Notes: generated from the sequence alone by a model not told the origin. DNA of 61,393 nt, filler included, from Basidiobolus ranarum (GCA_040143965.1; 19 parts of 19 records of this genome joined end to end with filler, not necessarily neighbours in it); one strand, 5' to 3'. Numbered from the whole stretch's first letter, positions 41,448 through 54,642 are shown. Made by a program: numbers and translations.

Positions 41448-42024
41448 CTAAGCCTGGCTTTCCAGTTTAAAGCCCCGGCGATTTTTCCACCAAGAAGATA
41501 TACGCTTGCGTGACATATAGATTGCAATGGCGCATACAACGACAAAGACGGCAAAGATGGTAAGGCCGATGATAAGTGCTGTATTACTCTTGTTGGGACG
41601 AGTGGGACGAGGAGTGAAAGGTAATGAAACATATGGTGGATCATTCGTAGCAAACATCACCTGACGGGCCATGCGTGCCTGGAAAGGGGCGTTATAATCC
41701 AAGGCCACTTCTGATTGTTGCCAGTCACTGCGTTCATCGTAGAACTGGTCATCTTTGTTAGGTCCGCCAACCATTGCACCATAGAGAACATGCTGAGTCT
41801 GTGGGGGATTATTTAAATTACCAACATCAGTACCTCCATGGGCACCAGCATGATGTGGGTTTTGTGGAGAATTCGGATGAACTCCTACCATATAAGGTGT
41901 GTTTTGAGGATTCTTGCCCAACAGGTAATCGAGCTGTGTTTGTATAAACGTATCATATTTTGCTTTCTTATTTTTGCCATCATCGGTTGTAGATTTTGAT
42001 AAAACTGCAGTGTTATAAATGCTG
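41448..42024 (-). CDS. Glycoside hydrolase family 9 (endoglucanase) C-terminus with TM anchor; 5' end truncated
   Basis: DYLLGKNP...YMVG...NPHH, LYGAMVGGP..DD.F.D.R.D...SEVALDYNA (catalytic Glu); TM ALIIGLTIFAVFVVVCAIAIY then a basic tail. Confidence 0.92.
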
Positions 42025-42124
42025 NNNNNNNNNNNNNNNNNNNNNNNNNNNNNNNNNNNNNNNNNNNNTTAATTAATTAANNNNNNNNNNNNNNNNNNNN
42101 NNNNNNNNNNNNNNNNNNNNNNNN

Positions 42125-43428
42125 GTGACAATGGTATCGTTAAACATGAGTTTATACCCTTCCATAACAAGTTGATGTGCTCTAGCAATCAGGTCTAAGT
42201 TATTGGCATGCAAGAACTAAACAAGTCAATCGTATGAGTATCTTTTCATGAGACGTAGTTTTACATGAATCACCTACAGATTTCACGATATTTCCACCAA
42301 ACAAATAGCCAGCTCCGCGTGGACTCAGTCCCCAACCTTCAATCTCTATATATAAAGCTATGTTAATAATCCAAATATTTGATGTTTCACGTTACAAGTG
42401 ACATCAACTATACCATCTGGATCGGACCACAAAAGATCACACATTCCACCATCATGAGGGACTTCTTGCTTTCTATCGATAGTACGAATCTACGAGATAG
42501 TTAAGATTTAAATTTCAAGAAGGGTGAATAACAACTACTTCTACCAACAACAAATACCTGATCAACTGTTGTGATTGAAGGAGAGAGCCCTCCATGAACA
42601 CAAAAGATTTTATCATCGATAATGGCGGAGAGACTTAGGTAATCAAATATTTCACAGCAATAACGCCAAACGTTAGGTGATCCATACTTTCGAAGGCATT
42701 CTTCATAAAACCCGTAAACTTGAGTGATTTGACGACTTTCATGATTACCACGAATCAAAGTAATTCGATCAGGGTAGCGAACCTTATTATATTCAATACA
42801 TTAATATCCTCTGGTTGGTACAAAAAAAGGGGAATGCTAGTTACTTTAAGAGCAAGGAGTAGTAAAAAAGTTTCGACACTATAGAAGCCACGGTCAACAA
42901 AATCCCCTACACAGATATAAGGTCAGTGGAAAAAACCCACTTGAAGATTGGTTTGATATTTACCCATGAACAAATAATTCGTGTCTGGACATTTGCCACC
43001 AACTTTGAATAATTCTTTAAGATCGTAAAATTGTCCGTGTATATCTCCACAAATCTAGACAAGCTAAGGGTTACTATCTTGACAAATTTGGCTGGGGTGA
43101 TTTTTCCGCGTTGACTAAATCCAATGTGGTGTGTGTGTGTGTGTGTATGTATATATTAAATCTATAGCCTCTGTAAACGAGCAGAAGTTTCATACCGTAA
43201 CTGGAGCATCTACTCGCTGAACATTACTTTCCTCGATCAGTATTTCACGAGCTTTGTTACATAGCTGCTTCACTTGGTTTTCAGTGATAATCTCACAACG
43301 TCTCAGTTGTTCAATTTGGCTGTTATGAAGTTTTGAGGAAAGAGGTAAGTTTAATAATCTACTTTAGTGAACAACTAATAGTAACGAAAGGGAACCAAAC
43401 AATACCGATCGAGGTCGCTTTGTGTCAT
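42125..43428 (-). CDS. PPH3: Ser/Thr protein phosphatase 4 catalytic subunit, multi-exon; 3' end truncated
   Basis: [74 protein letters not shown]. Confidence 0.93.
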
Positions 43429-43914
43429 GATTGAAGTGAAGGGAAAATTCACCAAGTAATCAAAGAGTATATGTACGTAAACTCGATGTCTACCAAAAAA
43501 CCAATGCAGAAAGTCACATCAAATAATATGCATGATTTAATTTATCTCTCTCGAATATTAGATAAAGTTAAAGATAATTAATCCAGGTGTATAATTGGCT
43601 AATCACTCTCTTCTACTCATCTACTCCATCCTCTACATATTAATACTGACTCTAAGAATCGAATACCTCTATTGATAAAGAATAAAAATATTAAACATAA
43701 TTCTTTAGGGACTAATGGCTCTAGTAGAACCTTTATATTAGCACCTTATTCATCCAAAACTATACTTTGAGCTAGAATGGATAGATGCTCAAAGAGGACA
43801 TGCAATGACATTTCTCAAGGGAATTAGCACCATACAAAACAGCTAACATTCTTACACTATTTCAAGTTGGTGGCTCATTCTTTTGATAACAGATCATTAT
43901 TGAATGCATAAATA

Positions 43915-44560
43915 CTGTTAAAATATTTTGGAAGCCTGTTGGAAGAGGTTTGGAGAACTAGAGAAAATGGTGGTTTTCACTTATTGATTTATTGAGTTGA
44001 AATTTGACATTGATAGTTTTGTCAAGATGTTGTAATTAGCATTGCCTAAACACCTATATTGTCATATATAGTTTAGTATTTAGTTATCTTATATTTCACA
44101 AAGATACTACCCATTATTCTCAATCGGAATTTACTTAGAAGTTCTGAGATATATAGATTTTTCAAACTTGTGCTAGAAGCCCCAAACTTTGCACACAAGT
44201 TCCTGGGACCTTCCTTAACACATTCTACACGTTATTTTATTTACTTCTTGATAAAACTATCAATGTCAAATTTCAACTCAATAAATCAATAAGTGAAAAC
44301 CACCAATTTCTCTAATTCTCCAAACCACTTCCAACAGGCTCCCAAATACTTTAACAGATGTAAGCAAACAAACGTATAGAATGTGTTAAGAAAGGCCCCA
44401 GGAACATGTGTAAAGTTTGGGGCTTCTTTGAAAAATCTATATATGTGAGAGCCTCTAAGTTCCTCTTGAGAATAGTTCATGATATCTTAGTTCAATATAG
44501 GATAGCTAAATACTAAGCTATATATGACTATATAGGTGTTTAGACAATGCTAATTTTAAC
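43915..44560. mobile_element. Copia-type solo LTR nested in an inverted LTR of the same family
   Basis: Forward copy at ~44030-44356 is flanked by the two halves of a reverse-strand copy. Confidence 0.8.
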
Positions 44561-45356
44561 GATTACTTCGTCAAAATACTGCACTTTTCAGGTTGGAGAG
44601 CCTGTTGATTTTTGAAATTTTCAATCCTACTAGCTACCCTGCCAGCTAATTAGCCCCAATAGTACAAACTGTAGAAATGTCATACAGGATTATGAAGAAC
44701 AAGTTTGTTCAAGTTATAGAAACCTGTTTACTGATTATACTTACAGTTGAAGTGGTAAAAATCTGTTACTATTGCGTTTATATTTACACCTCCATGCTGA
44801 TACTTACAGATAATCCGACGCTCAGGTGTCTGTAAGCAATCTATATTCTAGTTGGTAATAAACAAGGAGATGCGTAACATCTTGTACCTTGTTTATTCTA
44901 GATCTCTAGCCTTCATCAAGTGGTAATCAAGTGACATCTACAGGTGACATTTAGAAATCAACACCCTCAAGATGTGGAGGAAGAGTGTAATATCTATACT
45001 GAGTGTATGTGTAACGTGTCCTAATGAACCATTTCGAACAGCAGTTCCTTTCCTAGCAAGATACCTTTTTAGTTCAAGCCCTCTGTTTGCTTTCTTCGCA
45101 TTTGGTGAGTTCAATGATACTGAATATAACTAATCTCATTCCAGAATAGAAGCATCCAATCAAACTGAGAGAATGTTGAACATGGTTACATATCCTAGAT
45201 GATAGGCGTATCTGTTGCTCTAGCCCTTGGTCCGGTATTAGAGTCTTTTTCCCGATNNNNNNNNNNNNNNNNNNNNNNNNNNNNNNNNNNNNNNNNNNNN
45301 TTAATTAATTAANNNNNNNNNNNNNNNNNNNNNNNNNNNNNNNNNNNNNNNNNNNN

Positions 45357-47074
45357 CAAGAACCTGAACTGTAAGCTTGTTCAAGAGCTTAAATCCTATC
45401 ACCGAGCAAATCGGTTATTGCTCACTGGTACCCCACTACAGGTTAGTTCGAACAAGAGAACTTGTATTAAACTGAGTAATAATCTTTTATATTTGACGGT
45501 ATCATGTAGAACAATCTTCTGGAGCTCTGGTCTTTACTCAACTTTCTCCTTCCCGATATTTTTGACAGTGTTGAGATCTTTCAAAGCTGGTTCGACTTTA
45601 ATGATTTAAATGACAAAAAAGGAAAGGATAAAGTCATAAGTGACGAATCTCAACACAACATTGTCTCGAAACTTCATCATATCCTCAAGCCATTCTTGTT
45701 AAGAAGACTAAAATCTGATGGTACAGTCTAATATTCCACATTTATCTAGAGAGCTTCTTGACTTATTGAATGTTCACTTTAAATAGTCGACCTTGATATT
45801 CCCAAAAAGAGAGAGTATGTATTATATGCGCCTATGACTGCCAAGCAAAAGGAGTACTACGATGCAATCCTGAGCAAACAAATTCATGGCTTCCTAAAGA
45901 AACGCATGGGTATTACGGAGGAAACGGCAAGTGAGAGCAATCAGTATGAAGGTACGCTCAATTAGCCATTGTATAGACGGTTGCATATTGTTCATACTGT
46001 TTTCGGAACTATAGATAGGAGCCGTCGTCGATCAACCAAGAAGGATACCAGCTATGCTGAAGTCTCGGATACGGAGTATTTCGACGAAATCGAGAATATG
46101 GATGATTCCGAAACTGAGGAGTCATCTAGTTTAATCCCCGTTAAAGAAAGTAAGCTCATGCCATTGTATATGTCATATAACCTAAAGATTCAAACTGATC
46201 CGCATCTCCAGAACCCAACGCTAGAAACTTGAAGCAAATGAAGTTGCAATCGGCTATGGTTCAATTAACCAAGGTCTGCAATCATCCATATTTATTCGAC
46301 GGTCCATACGATGAAGAGACTGGCTATTTGAATGTAACTGAGGACATCAAGGCATCTAGCGGGAAGATGATTCTCCTGGATCAATTGCTCACGGCGTTAA
46401 TCAGCAGAGGCCATCGTGTTCTGATTTTCTCCCAAATGACGAAAATGCTGGATATTATCGAAGATTGGTTGATGGTTCTAAAGGGTTGGAAATGCTGTCG
46501 TATTGATGGAAACATTCACCAAGAAACCCGTCGTCAGCAAATCCAAGAGTTTAACACTGATCAAGAAATAGAGATCTTTTTACTTAGTACTCGTGCAGGT
46601 GGCTTAGGGATTAATTTAACCGCAGCAGATACAGTGATTTTGTTTGACAACGATTGGAATCCCCAAATGGATCTTCAAGCCCAAGATCGTGTTCATCGTA
46701 TTGGGCAAACCAAACCAGTGATTATCTATCGATTTGTCACCTCAAATTCGATTGAGTCCCATATTTTGGACCGGGCCAACAGTAAGAGAACGCTCGAGAA
46801 ATTAGTCATCCACAAGAGACAGTTCAAAGGGAACAACAGTAAAAATCCAGCCAAATTAAATATCGAAGATCTCATGGAAATTCTCGAGAATGGTGATGAA
46901 ACTACCAAGATTATTCGTAATGGCGAGGCAGTCTTATCTAACGAAGACCTAGAGAAAGTCCTGGATCGCACTCCAGAAGCATACGAGAAATCTACGAAGC
47001 ATGATGTTGGAAGTACTTTCAAACAAGTAAATACCGCCGTGGATGAACAAAATGATGCACTCAGTTCAATGTAA
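45357..47074 (+). CDS. HELLS: SNF2-family remodeler of the HELLS/Lsh/DDM1 subfamily, multi-exon; 5' end truncated
   Basis: [98 protein letters not shown]. Confidence 0.88.
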
Positions 47075-47949
47075 CTGTTTAAGTCTGGTTTTCATTTTAT
47101 CGTTTGATTATGTTTACAAAATATCTCGTAAAGAACTAAACATTTGGACTATGTAATTTTAACCCACAAATATAGAAGAAATAAATCAAAAATTACTTTA
47201 GTACTCCAGTATGCCAACAGGCTCCGAATTTTGCTTCCCAGCATACGGAACCATGTTGTGGTTAATGACCACTGCTGAGCAGGTAATTCAATAAGTGCAT
47301 CTGGATGTAGTAGTTTTTAACGAAGCATAAGCATTGCAGATTGAATATCTAAATCATCGAATTATTGGTAGTTCTTTTCAGTCGGTATCACTCCTACAAT
47401 AGTCGATTTGACAGTATGTGAAATAACCATACAGTTATTTATATAAACATGACAATGTTGACTTTCATGTTGTATTTTTACATTATATTGTACTAGATCA
47501 TTGAGTATGTACTATTTATTGTACTAGATCATTGCGTGTGTACTATTGAAAATATGGTTCAGTTTCACTATCCTATAACTTGGGAAACATTCTGATTCAA
47601 TCAATTTTCCAGTCTGATAGCCCCTAGCCAGAGTAAACAATAACTATTCTCCAAATTTTGTGTTTATAGGAGTTTTTCAGATATGGAATTATGAAAAGAC
47701 TTAGTAACATTGATTTTTCAACCTGAATCTATGTGCATTCTTAGTGTAATTTGATGATGATTCTCAGATAGTTCTTTCCTCAGTTAAATACTTGGAGTGA
47801 TCAATGAAAATTAGTAACATTCATTAATTTGAATATATACTTGGCTCAATACATGAATCTATACTACATTTTTCTCTTCCGCACAAATTACCTAGCAGAT
47901 ACCATGTTTACTGTATCTTGGGCCAGAAGCTACTATCAACTATTCTTTT

Positions 47950-48488
47950 CAGCAAAATGAAATCACTTAAAGAGACAACAGGAATATATTTGAAATGGGA
48001 ATATCTATGATAAATGTACAGAAGTTATCTCTTGATTTTGGGCAGAATCTGTTGCTACAGTTGCATATCTGAAGAATAAGAGTTATAATAGAAGTATGCC
48101 TAATGCTACACCACATCAAGCTTGGTTTGGAGTTAAACATGATGTAAAGTGTTTAAGGATTGCTGCATGCATTGCTTAAGTCAAAATTGTTAAAGAATTT
48201 TTGGAGCCTGTTGGAAGTGGTTTGAAAAATTTGTATATCTGAGAACTACTAAATAGGAGACAGCATTCTAAGTAAATTCCTCATGAGAATACTGGATAAT
48301 ATCTTTGTGAAGTATAGGATAACTAAATACTAAGCTATATCAGACTATATAGGTGTCTAGGCTGTTGAAGTTTGTTATCTTTATCATATTTGTTATCTCT
48401 ATCTTTATACACCTAACTATTTCATATATCACATATAAGTTAGTTAACATTACTTAGTCAAATATCACTTAGCTGAAAATTGGAACAT
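47950..48488. mobile_element. Copia integrase remnant plus LTR fragments
   Basis: WAESVATVAYLKNKS...TPHQAWFG on the + strand; inverted LTR piece at ~48188-48362; new LTR start TGTTGAAG at 48363. Confidence 0.75.
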
Positions 48489-48588
48489 NNNNNNNNNNNN
48501 NNNNNNNNNNNNNNNNNNNNNNNNNNNNNNNNTTAATTAATTAANNNNNNNNNNNNNNNNNNNNNNNNNNNNNNNNNNNNNNNNNNNN

Positions 48589-50578
48589 CATGGCAGCATC
48601 ACATACAACAAAGGAGGCTATGTGGTTAAGGAAACTGTTCAAAGACTTGGGCATTATTCAAAGTTCACCCACCATAATTTTCAAGGATAATCAAAGTTGC
48701 ATTTCTTTAGCTAAAAATCCTAAATTTCATGCTAGAAGTAAGCACATTGATATTCAACATCACTTTGTTAGGGAAGCTATTGAGAATAAGCACATCCAAC
48801 TACAGTACTGTCCAACTGAGGACATGATTGCTGACATCCTTACCAAACCATTACCCAAGCCTAAATTTGAAGAATTAAGATTTAAGTTAGGATTAAGATA
48901 TATGAATATTTAGTTGAGTGGGAGTGTTGAAGTTTATTGTCTTTATCATATTTATTATCTCTATCTTTATACACCTAACTATTTCATATATCACATATAA
49001 GTTAGTTAACATTACTTAGTCAAATATCACTTAGCTGAAAATTGGAACATATATTATATATATATGTGAATAATGTGAGAATTAGCAATTCCATATTGGA
49101 AATTTCAAACTTGTCCAAATAGCCCCAAAGTAACCTCATTTTACTCCCACAGATGTTCTGAACACAACCCCAGTGTTGGTTTTCTGTATTTCCACCAAAA
49201 AGTATAAATGCTTTATATCTGGACAATAAACAGTTATCTCACAAAGCTATTCACAACTCCACTTTTCCAAAGTTCCTCCAAACAGCCCATATTTTTGCAA
49301 TATTTTTTGGGCCTGCAGATCCATACAGATATATTGAGCATATCTATCCCTCTGAATCAATCTAAATATACCTCAGACACTCTCAGACATTACAGGATGG
49401 AGAATAGTAAGCCAGTAGCAACTCCCATGGATCCAGGTGTGGACTAGTCGAAAATCCCATCAAAAATGATGAAAACCAGCCAAATATGGCTCAAAATATG
49501 TCATGTGAAAGCCCTGAATTCCCTTATCAATCTATGGTAGGTAGCTTGATCTATGCTATGACTGGAACCCACCCAGATATCTCTTGTTCAGTAGGAGTAG
49601 TTACCCAACATGTTCAAAACCCAGGATCTGAGCATTATGCAGCAGTTAAGTAGATGTTCAGATATTTGAAGAGGACAATTTAACCTGGGATGAAGATATT
49701 TATATTCTTATGAAAATAAGGATCTACTTGGGTTTAGTGAAGCAGATTGGGGATCTGATATTGATGACAGAAGATCTATCACTGAACATTCCTTTCTCTA
49801 TAGTGAAGCAGCCATATCTTGGAATAGCAAGAAACAACCCACTGTAGCACTTTCAACAAATGAATTAGAGTACATGGCAGCATCACATTCAACAAAGGAG
49901 GCTATGTGGTTAAGGAGACTATTCAAAGACTTGGGCATTTTTCAAAGTTCACCCACAATAAATTTCAAGAATAAACAGAGTTGTATTTCTTTAGCTAAAA
50001 ATCCCAAATTTCATGCTAGAAGTAAGCACATTGACATTCAACATCACTTTGTCAGGGAAGATACTGAGAATAAGCACATCCAATTACAGTACTGTCCAAC
50101 TGGGGACATGATGGCTGATATCTTACCAAAACATTATCAAAGCCAAATTTGAAGAATTAATATTTAACTCAGGATTAAGATATATGAATATTTGGTTGAG
50201 TGGGAGTGTTGAAGTTTATTGTCTTTATCATATTTGTTATCTCTATCTTAATACACCTAAATATTTCATATATCACATATAAGTTAGTTAACAATACTTA
50301 GTCAAATATCACTTAGCTGCAAATTGGAACATGTATTATATATATGTGAATAATGTGAGAATTAGCAATTCCATATTGAAAATTTCAAACTCATCCAAAT
50401 TGCCCCAAAGATAGCCCATTTTACTCCCATAGATTTTCTGAACACAGCCCCAGTGTTAGTTTTCTGTATTTCCACCAAAATGTATAAAGGCTTCATTTCT
50501 GGACAACAAATAATTATCTCACAAAGCTATTTAAAACTCCCCTGTTCTAATGTTCCTCCAAACAACCCATACTTTCTC
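48589..50578 (+). mobile_element. Ty1/Copia 3' ends in tandem: RNase H, LTR (~48926-49295), RT/RNase H, LTR (~50207-50578)
   Basis: DNQSCISLAKNPKFHARSKHIDIQHHFVRE-type motif twice; PPT TTGAGTGGGAG before each TGTTGAAG LTR. Confidence 0.93.
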
Positions 50579-51819
50579 ACTAGTTATGGCTTCTTTGTTT
50601 TGTTTGAAATAAAGATTTCACCTGTTGGTGATTGTCTCCTCCTGGCCTAAACAGGTCTTAGTAAGATCAACCTTTGTGTTTACTTTCATCTTGGCTTCTT
50701 TATTTATTTGTGTTGTATGACTTGAGATAAATAAAGATTAAACCTTCTGGTGCTTTTCATCACCTTAATTCTTTGTTTTGTTTGAAATAAAGATTTCATC
50801 TTTTGGTGACTGTCTCCCCCTAACCATAACTCTGTACTCTCTGTCTCTGACTTCCCTGACCCATGCTGTGATTTTTTTTTCACCTCACCTCAGGGATATT
50901 CATCCATAAGTTGCTGGATTGTGGATGGATGTTCTTTCCTTTACTTTCTCTCTCTGATTTGCCACCCACCCTCCCCATCTTCTCTCTCTTCTTCTATATG
51001 ACTCTTGCTTTGTTTATGCTTACTTGGGAAGGAATAAAAGGAACCTTCCCATCTCTTACTTCTCAGCTTACAGCAACTTATCAATATTAGCAACTCTCAG
51101 GCCTAGCTTACTGGGAACTCTCTACTTTGGCTCTATCCCTTCTGGGAAACTCTACTCTGGCCCCATCACTTCTGGAATACTTAACTCTTAGCTCCATCCT
51201 ATCTGGAATACTGTTAGGCCTAGCTTACTAGGAAACTTAGCTCTGTCAACATCTTGACTTTATCTTTGAATATTATATTCTAACTTGGCTTATTTATTTA
51301 TTGACTTTGTTTAAATCAATAAATATATTTAACACCTTCTGGTGCCTATAATCCCCTAACTCTAAAATATTACTTCAGTGAACAAGCATTTGAACATCAG
51401 TCTCCACTAGACTTTGTGATTGAACATCTATGGGAAATAGCAAACTCTAAGGTTTTCACCATACTCAGTGTTTCCATACTTCATTATTTTCTTTATATTT
51501 CAACTTCAACTTTTATTCCTAGTAACCCATACCTAAGTACATATAAAGAAAAACTCCAGGTTCAGGAGAGTTCTTCGGTCCAGAAAAACATTGATATTGA
51601 GCTATTACATTATACTAATATAATGAATTAGGTCTTTGACTTGGACAACTGAATGAAATCTTGTAAAGATACACCTTGTTGTAACCCTATATATACTAAG
51701 GCACTAGTGATGTGTATNNNNNNNNNNNNNNNNNNNNNNNNNNNNNNNNNNNNNNNNNNNNTTAATTAATTAANNNNNNNNNNNNNNNNNNNNNNNNNNN
51801 NNNNNNNNNNNNNNNNNGT

Positions 51820-52056
51820 GGCTGGGATGAAACTGATCACTCTGATGGTGATGGGCGTCAATACGACCAAGACGAGTATGATAATGAGTACGAAAGAGGA
51901 ATTTCTCACAGAAATGGACAGCAGAACTATCCTCGCTCTCGCTTTGGCCGCCAATATGAGCAAGATGAGTATGATAACGAATACGAAAGAGGAGTTTCCC
52001 GCAGAAACGGGCAACATAACTACCCTCGTTCTCGCTTCGGTCGTCAATATGAATAA
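51820..52056 (+). CDS. C-terminus of a protein with 31-aa tandem repeats (possible peptide precursor); 5' end truncated
   Basis: Frame not in the ORF track: GWDETDHSDGD-GRQYDQDEYDNEYERGISHRNGQQNYPRSRF-GRQYEQDEYDNEYERGVSRRNGQHNYPRSRF-GRQYE*. Differences between the 93-bp units are mostly synonymous in this frame. Confidence 0.8.
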   Translation, partial: GWDETDHSDGDGRQYDQDEYDNEYERGISHRNGQQNYPRSRFGRQYEQDEYDNEYERGVSRRNGQHNYPRSRFGRQYE

Positions 52057-52526
52057 GTTTTCGAAATCAAATGGGCACGATGAATAGTTAAAAAAAGTAT
52101 CTTCAGACTAAATGTCAGACAATCATGTATAACGAAAGTATTTACTAATAAAGTTTATTCTTTACGACATCTACTGAAATCTTGGTAAAGAAAATATTGG
52201 GATCGTTAGCTCCATATGGCTGAGTTGAATTTACACTCAATATATAGCTTCGGGTCATATAGAAGAAATTTCTGTAGTGTATTTATACGACTGTAAATCA
52301 ATTATTGCCTAAATTTTCTTATAGGAGCTTCAACTAAACGTATTTACATTGCTACCTTACTTACTGTACAGCTCTCTATGTCGAGCAAACAATCCAGATT
52401 GCTCTAAACACTTGAGATTCATAAACATTAGCCATGATAATATCAACACAGGGACAAATTGCAAATTCGGATGTTTACTAATAAATTTCTGAATATATAT
52501 GGTTACTATCTAATGAGGGACTTCCA

Positions 52527-53395
52527 CTATATCTTGTAAGCACTAAGGCGTTCCTTAACATAGGCACCAATCACTGGGTCATTTTCGATATTTTTGCACA
52601 GTTTGTTAAAGGGCTCAAGATCGAAAATCTTACGAACGTAAAGGTGAGTAATTTGAATCATGGCATAGGCATGAATATCAACAAGAGATAGCTTGGAGCC
52701 AACATAATAACCATTGGCATTTTTAGTAAGCTGAGCTCCATGATATTTGATGATATGCTCGGCAGCAGTCTCAAAATCTGCTAGGGCAACTTCTTTAATT
52801 TCATCAGTTTTGGCATGTTTGGATTTAATCAGCGCATTGAGCATGGTTTTCCAGCCCTCAGTGAAACTGTCAATTGTACCAGCTTCTCGCTCATTGGAAC
52901 CAAGAAGATCTATTCATGAATTAGTAACGTAAAAAGGATCGGATTCTAAAATTGTTCTAGGGATCTTACCAAATTTACGAGCAAGATAACGTTGAATAGC
53001 ATGACTCTCACAAAGTTGATATTCCTGCTCAGATTAATCGTTAGCTAAATATATTTAAAGTGTCCAATGATATTATAATATATATACTCACCGAACCATC
53101 CTGGTCGCGCTCAGTAAGGACAGGAAGAAAACCGAAAGGAGTGGTGAGCTTCTCCTCTTGCCAGTTCTATAAACAGAGATTATCAATGGGTGTATAGGAT
53201 TATGCATTCAAATAGAGAACTTACAGTAGGATTGCGTTCAGACCATTCAACCTGTAAATCAATCGTTGGTAAGTAAGATTGCAATGTACGTGGACCGTTC
53301 TAAGTCCTTACCTTCCCGTATTCAAGAAGTATACGAATGGTCTCGGAAAGCCCTGGAGAAGGGAAGTAGAATAGTTCGTAATGTGTAGCAGACAT
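52527..53395 (-). CDS. Glutathione S-transferase (sigma-like), multi-exon
   Basis: YELFYF..PGLSETIRILLEY, TPFGFLPVL, LCESHAIQRYLARKF, YYVGSKLSLVDI. Confidence 0.9.
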
Positions 53396-54252
53396 GTGGA
53401 GGATTAATGCTTGTCATTTTAAAGTTTTCTCTTTATTTATATTTGGTAAATTCCCCTTTTCCCCGTCGAAATATTTGCCACTATCGACATATAGCGTAAT
53501 TTATCTTAAAATAGTAGCCAATGAAAATGCATCAATTGTGGATTAGTAAGCAGAAGCAACAGTTTGACAAGACTAGGGGTGATGGATTAGTAAGTAAAGC
53601 TGGCTAGTGATAGGAGTCATTGTTGTGTCCATTCATTAGTGTTACTGGAATGAGTCGAGGTAAGGGTTAGGGTTAGGGCTAATAAGTATACTCATGTCCT
53701 CTCAATGGTCTTGTTATTGAAGAGCATTCATTTCCCTCGTCACACATCTTATAGACGATTTATCTCAAGCCTACGAAATGATTCGTTAAAACCCAACCTT
53801 ATTTCATTTTAGATAAATAGGTTAAGAAAATGAATAACCCGTTTAGAATTCATAAGATTTTGATACTGCAGCCAATGATAGCCATCTTCAGTAAACAAGA
53901 AAAAATATCCATACACTTCCTCTTAATTCGGTGAGATATTCAACATCAAATGGATTCATTGTATTTCACCTCCTTCACTAGGTATCTTAGATTTTAAAGT
54001 CCTCTAAGTAGACTAACCCTACAACTAAAGTACCCTTTTGAAAATTAAACCTAAAATATCCACTTCCAAGGCATAACTTCCTGTTGCGTTATTCTACTCA
54101 TTCATTCGCCAATCTTTGCTAAAATTGTTAACTCGACGTAACGCACACTGACTCCATTTTCAAATACTCTAGCCGTAGTAAGAAAACCAAACGTGAGTTC
54201 TCGAATAGCTTTCTCTACGGCTAAATAACTCTACACTATCAACGTATCTGTT

Positions 54253-54642
54253 ATGGGAAGTGATTTTGAGAAATCCTTAGAAACATTCTATGAAAATTCA
54301 CTTGGTGGTACAGCTGGTAAAGTACTCTTTACTATATTAGTACTCGTTGTTGGAGGACTATGTGAAATTGGAGGAGGCTGGTTAGTATGGCAAGTATTAA
54401 GAGTTGGTATGTCTCCTTGGATTTTAATTCCAGGTAGCGTTATATTAGTAATATATGGACTTCTTATGTCATTACAAATGATGCAGTTTTCTAGAGCATT
54501 TGCGACCTATGGCGGTGTATTCATTTTCTTATCTCTGGTTTGGGGATGGGTTGTAGATAAACAGGTCCCTGATAAATGGGATTGTATAGGTGCTGCCATA
54601 GCATTGGTTGGTGCTGGAGTTATAGCATTTGTACCACGTTAA
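54253..54642 (+). CDS. ynfA: YnfA/UPF0060 family small membrane protein (SMR/DMT superfamily)
   Basis: GLCEIGGGWLVW, F.RAFATYGGVFI, WGWVVD...PD.WD.IGA.I.L.G, terminal PR; four TM helices; intronless. Confidence 0.9.
   Translation: MGSDFEKSLETFYENSLGGTAGKVLFTILVLVVGGLCEIGGGWLVWQVLRVGMSPWILIPGSVILVIYGLLMSLQMMQFSRAFATYGGVFIFLSLVWGWVVDKQVPDKWDCIGAAIALVGAGVIAFVPR

Noticed and set aside
47488-47547. Short direct duplications (also ~38686-38723 and ~15690-15765) and a (GT)n tract at ~43129
   Set aside because: Ordinary slippage repeats with no sign of function.
51766-52087. ORF-track proteins 51818..52087(+) and 51766..52047(-)
   Set aside because: Shadow frames; the synonymous-change pattern supports the frame starting at 51820.
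53661-53680. Telomeric TTAGGG repeats
   Set aside because: Only 2-3 internal units; not a telomere.
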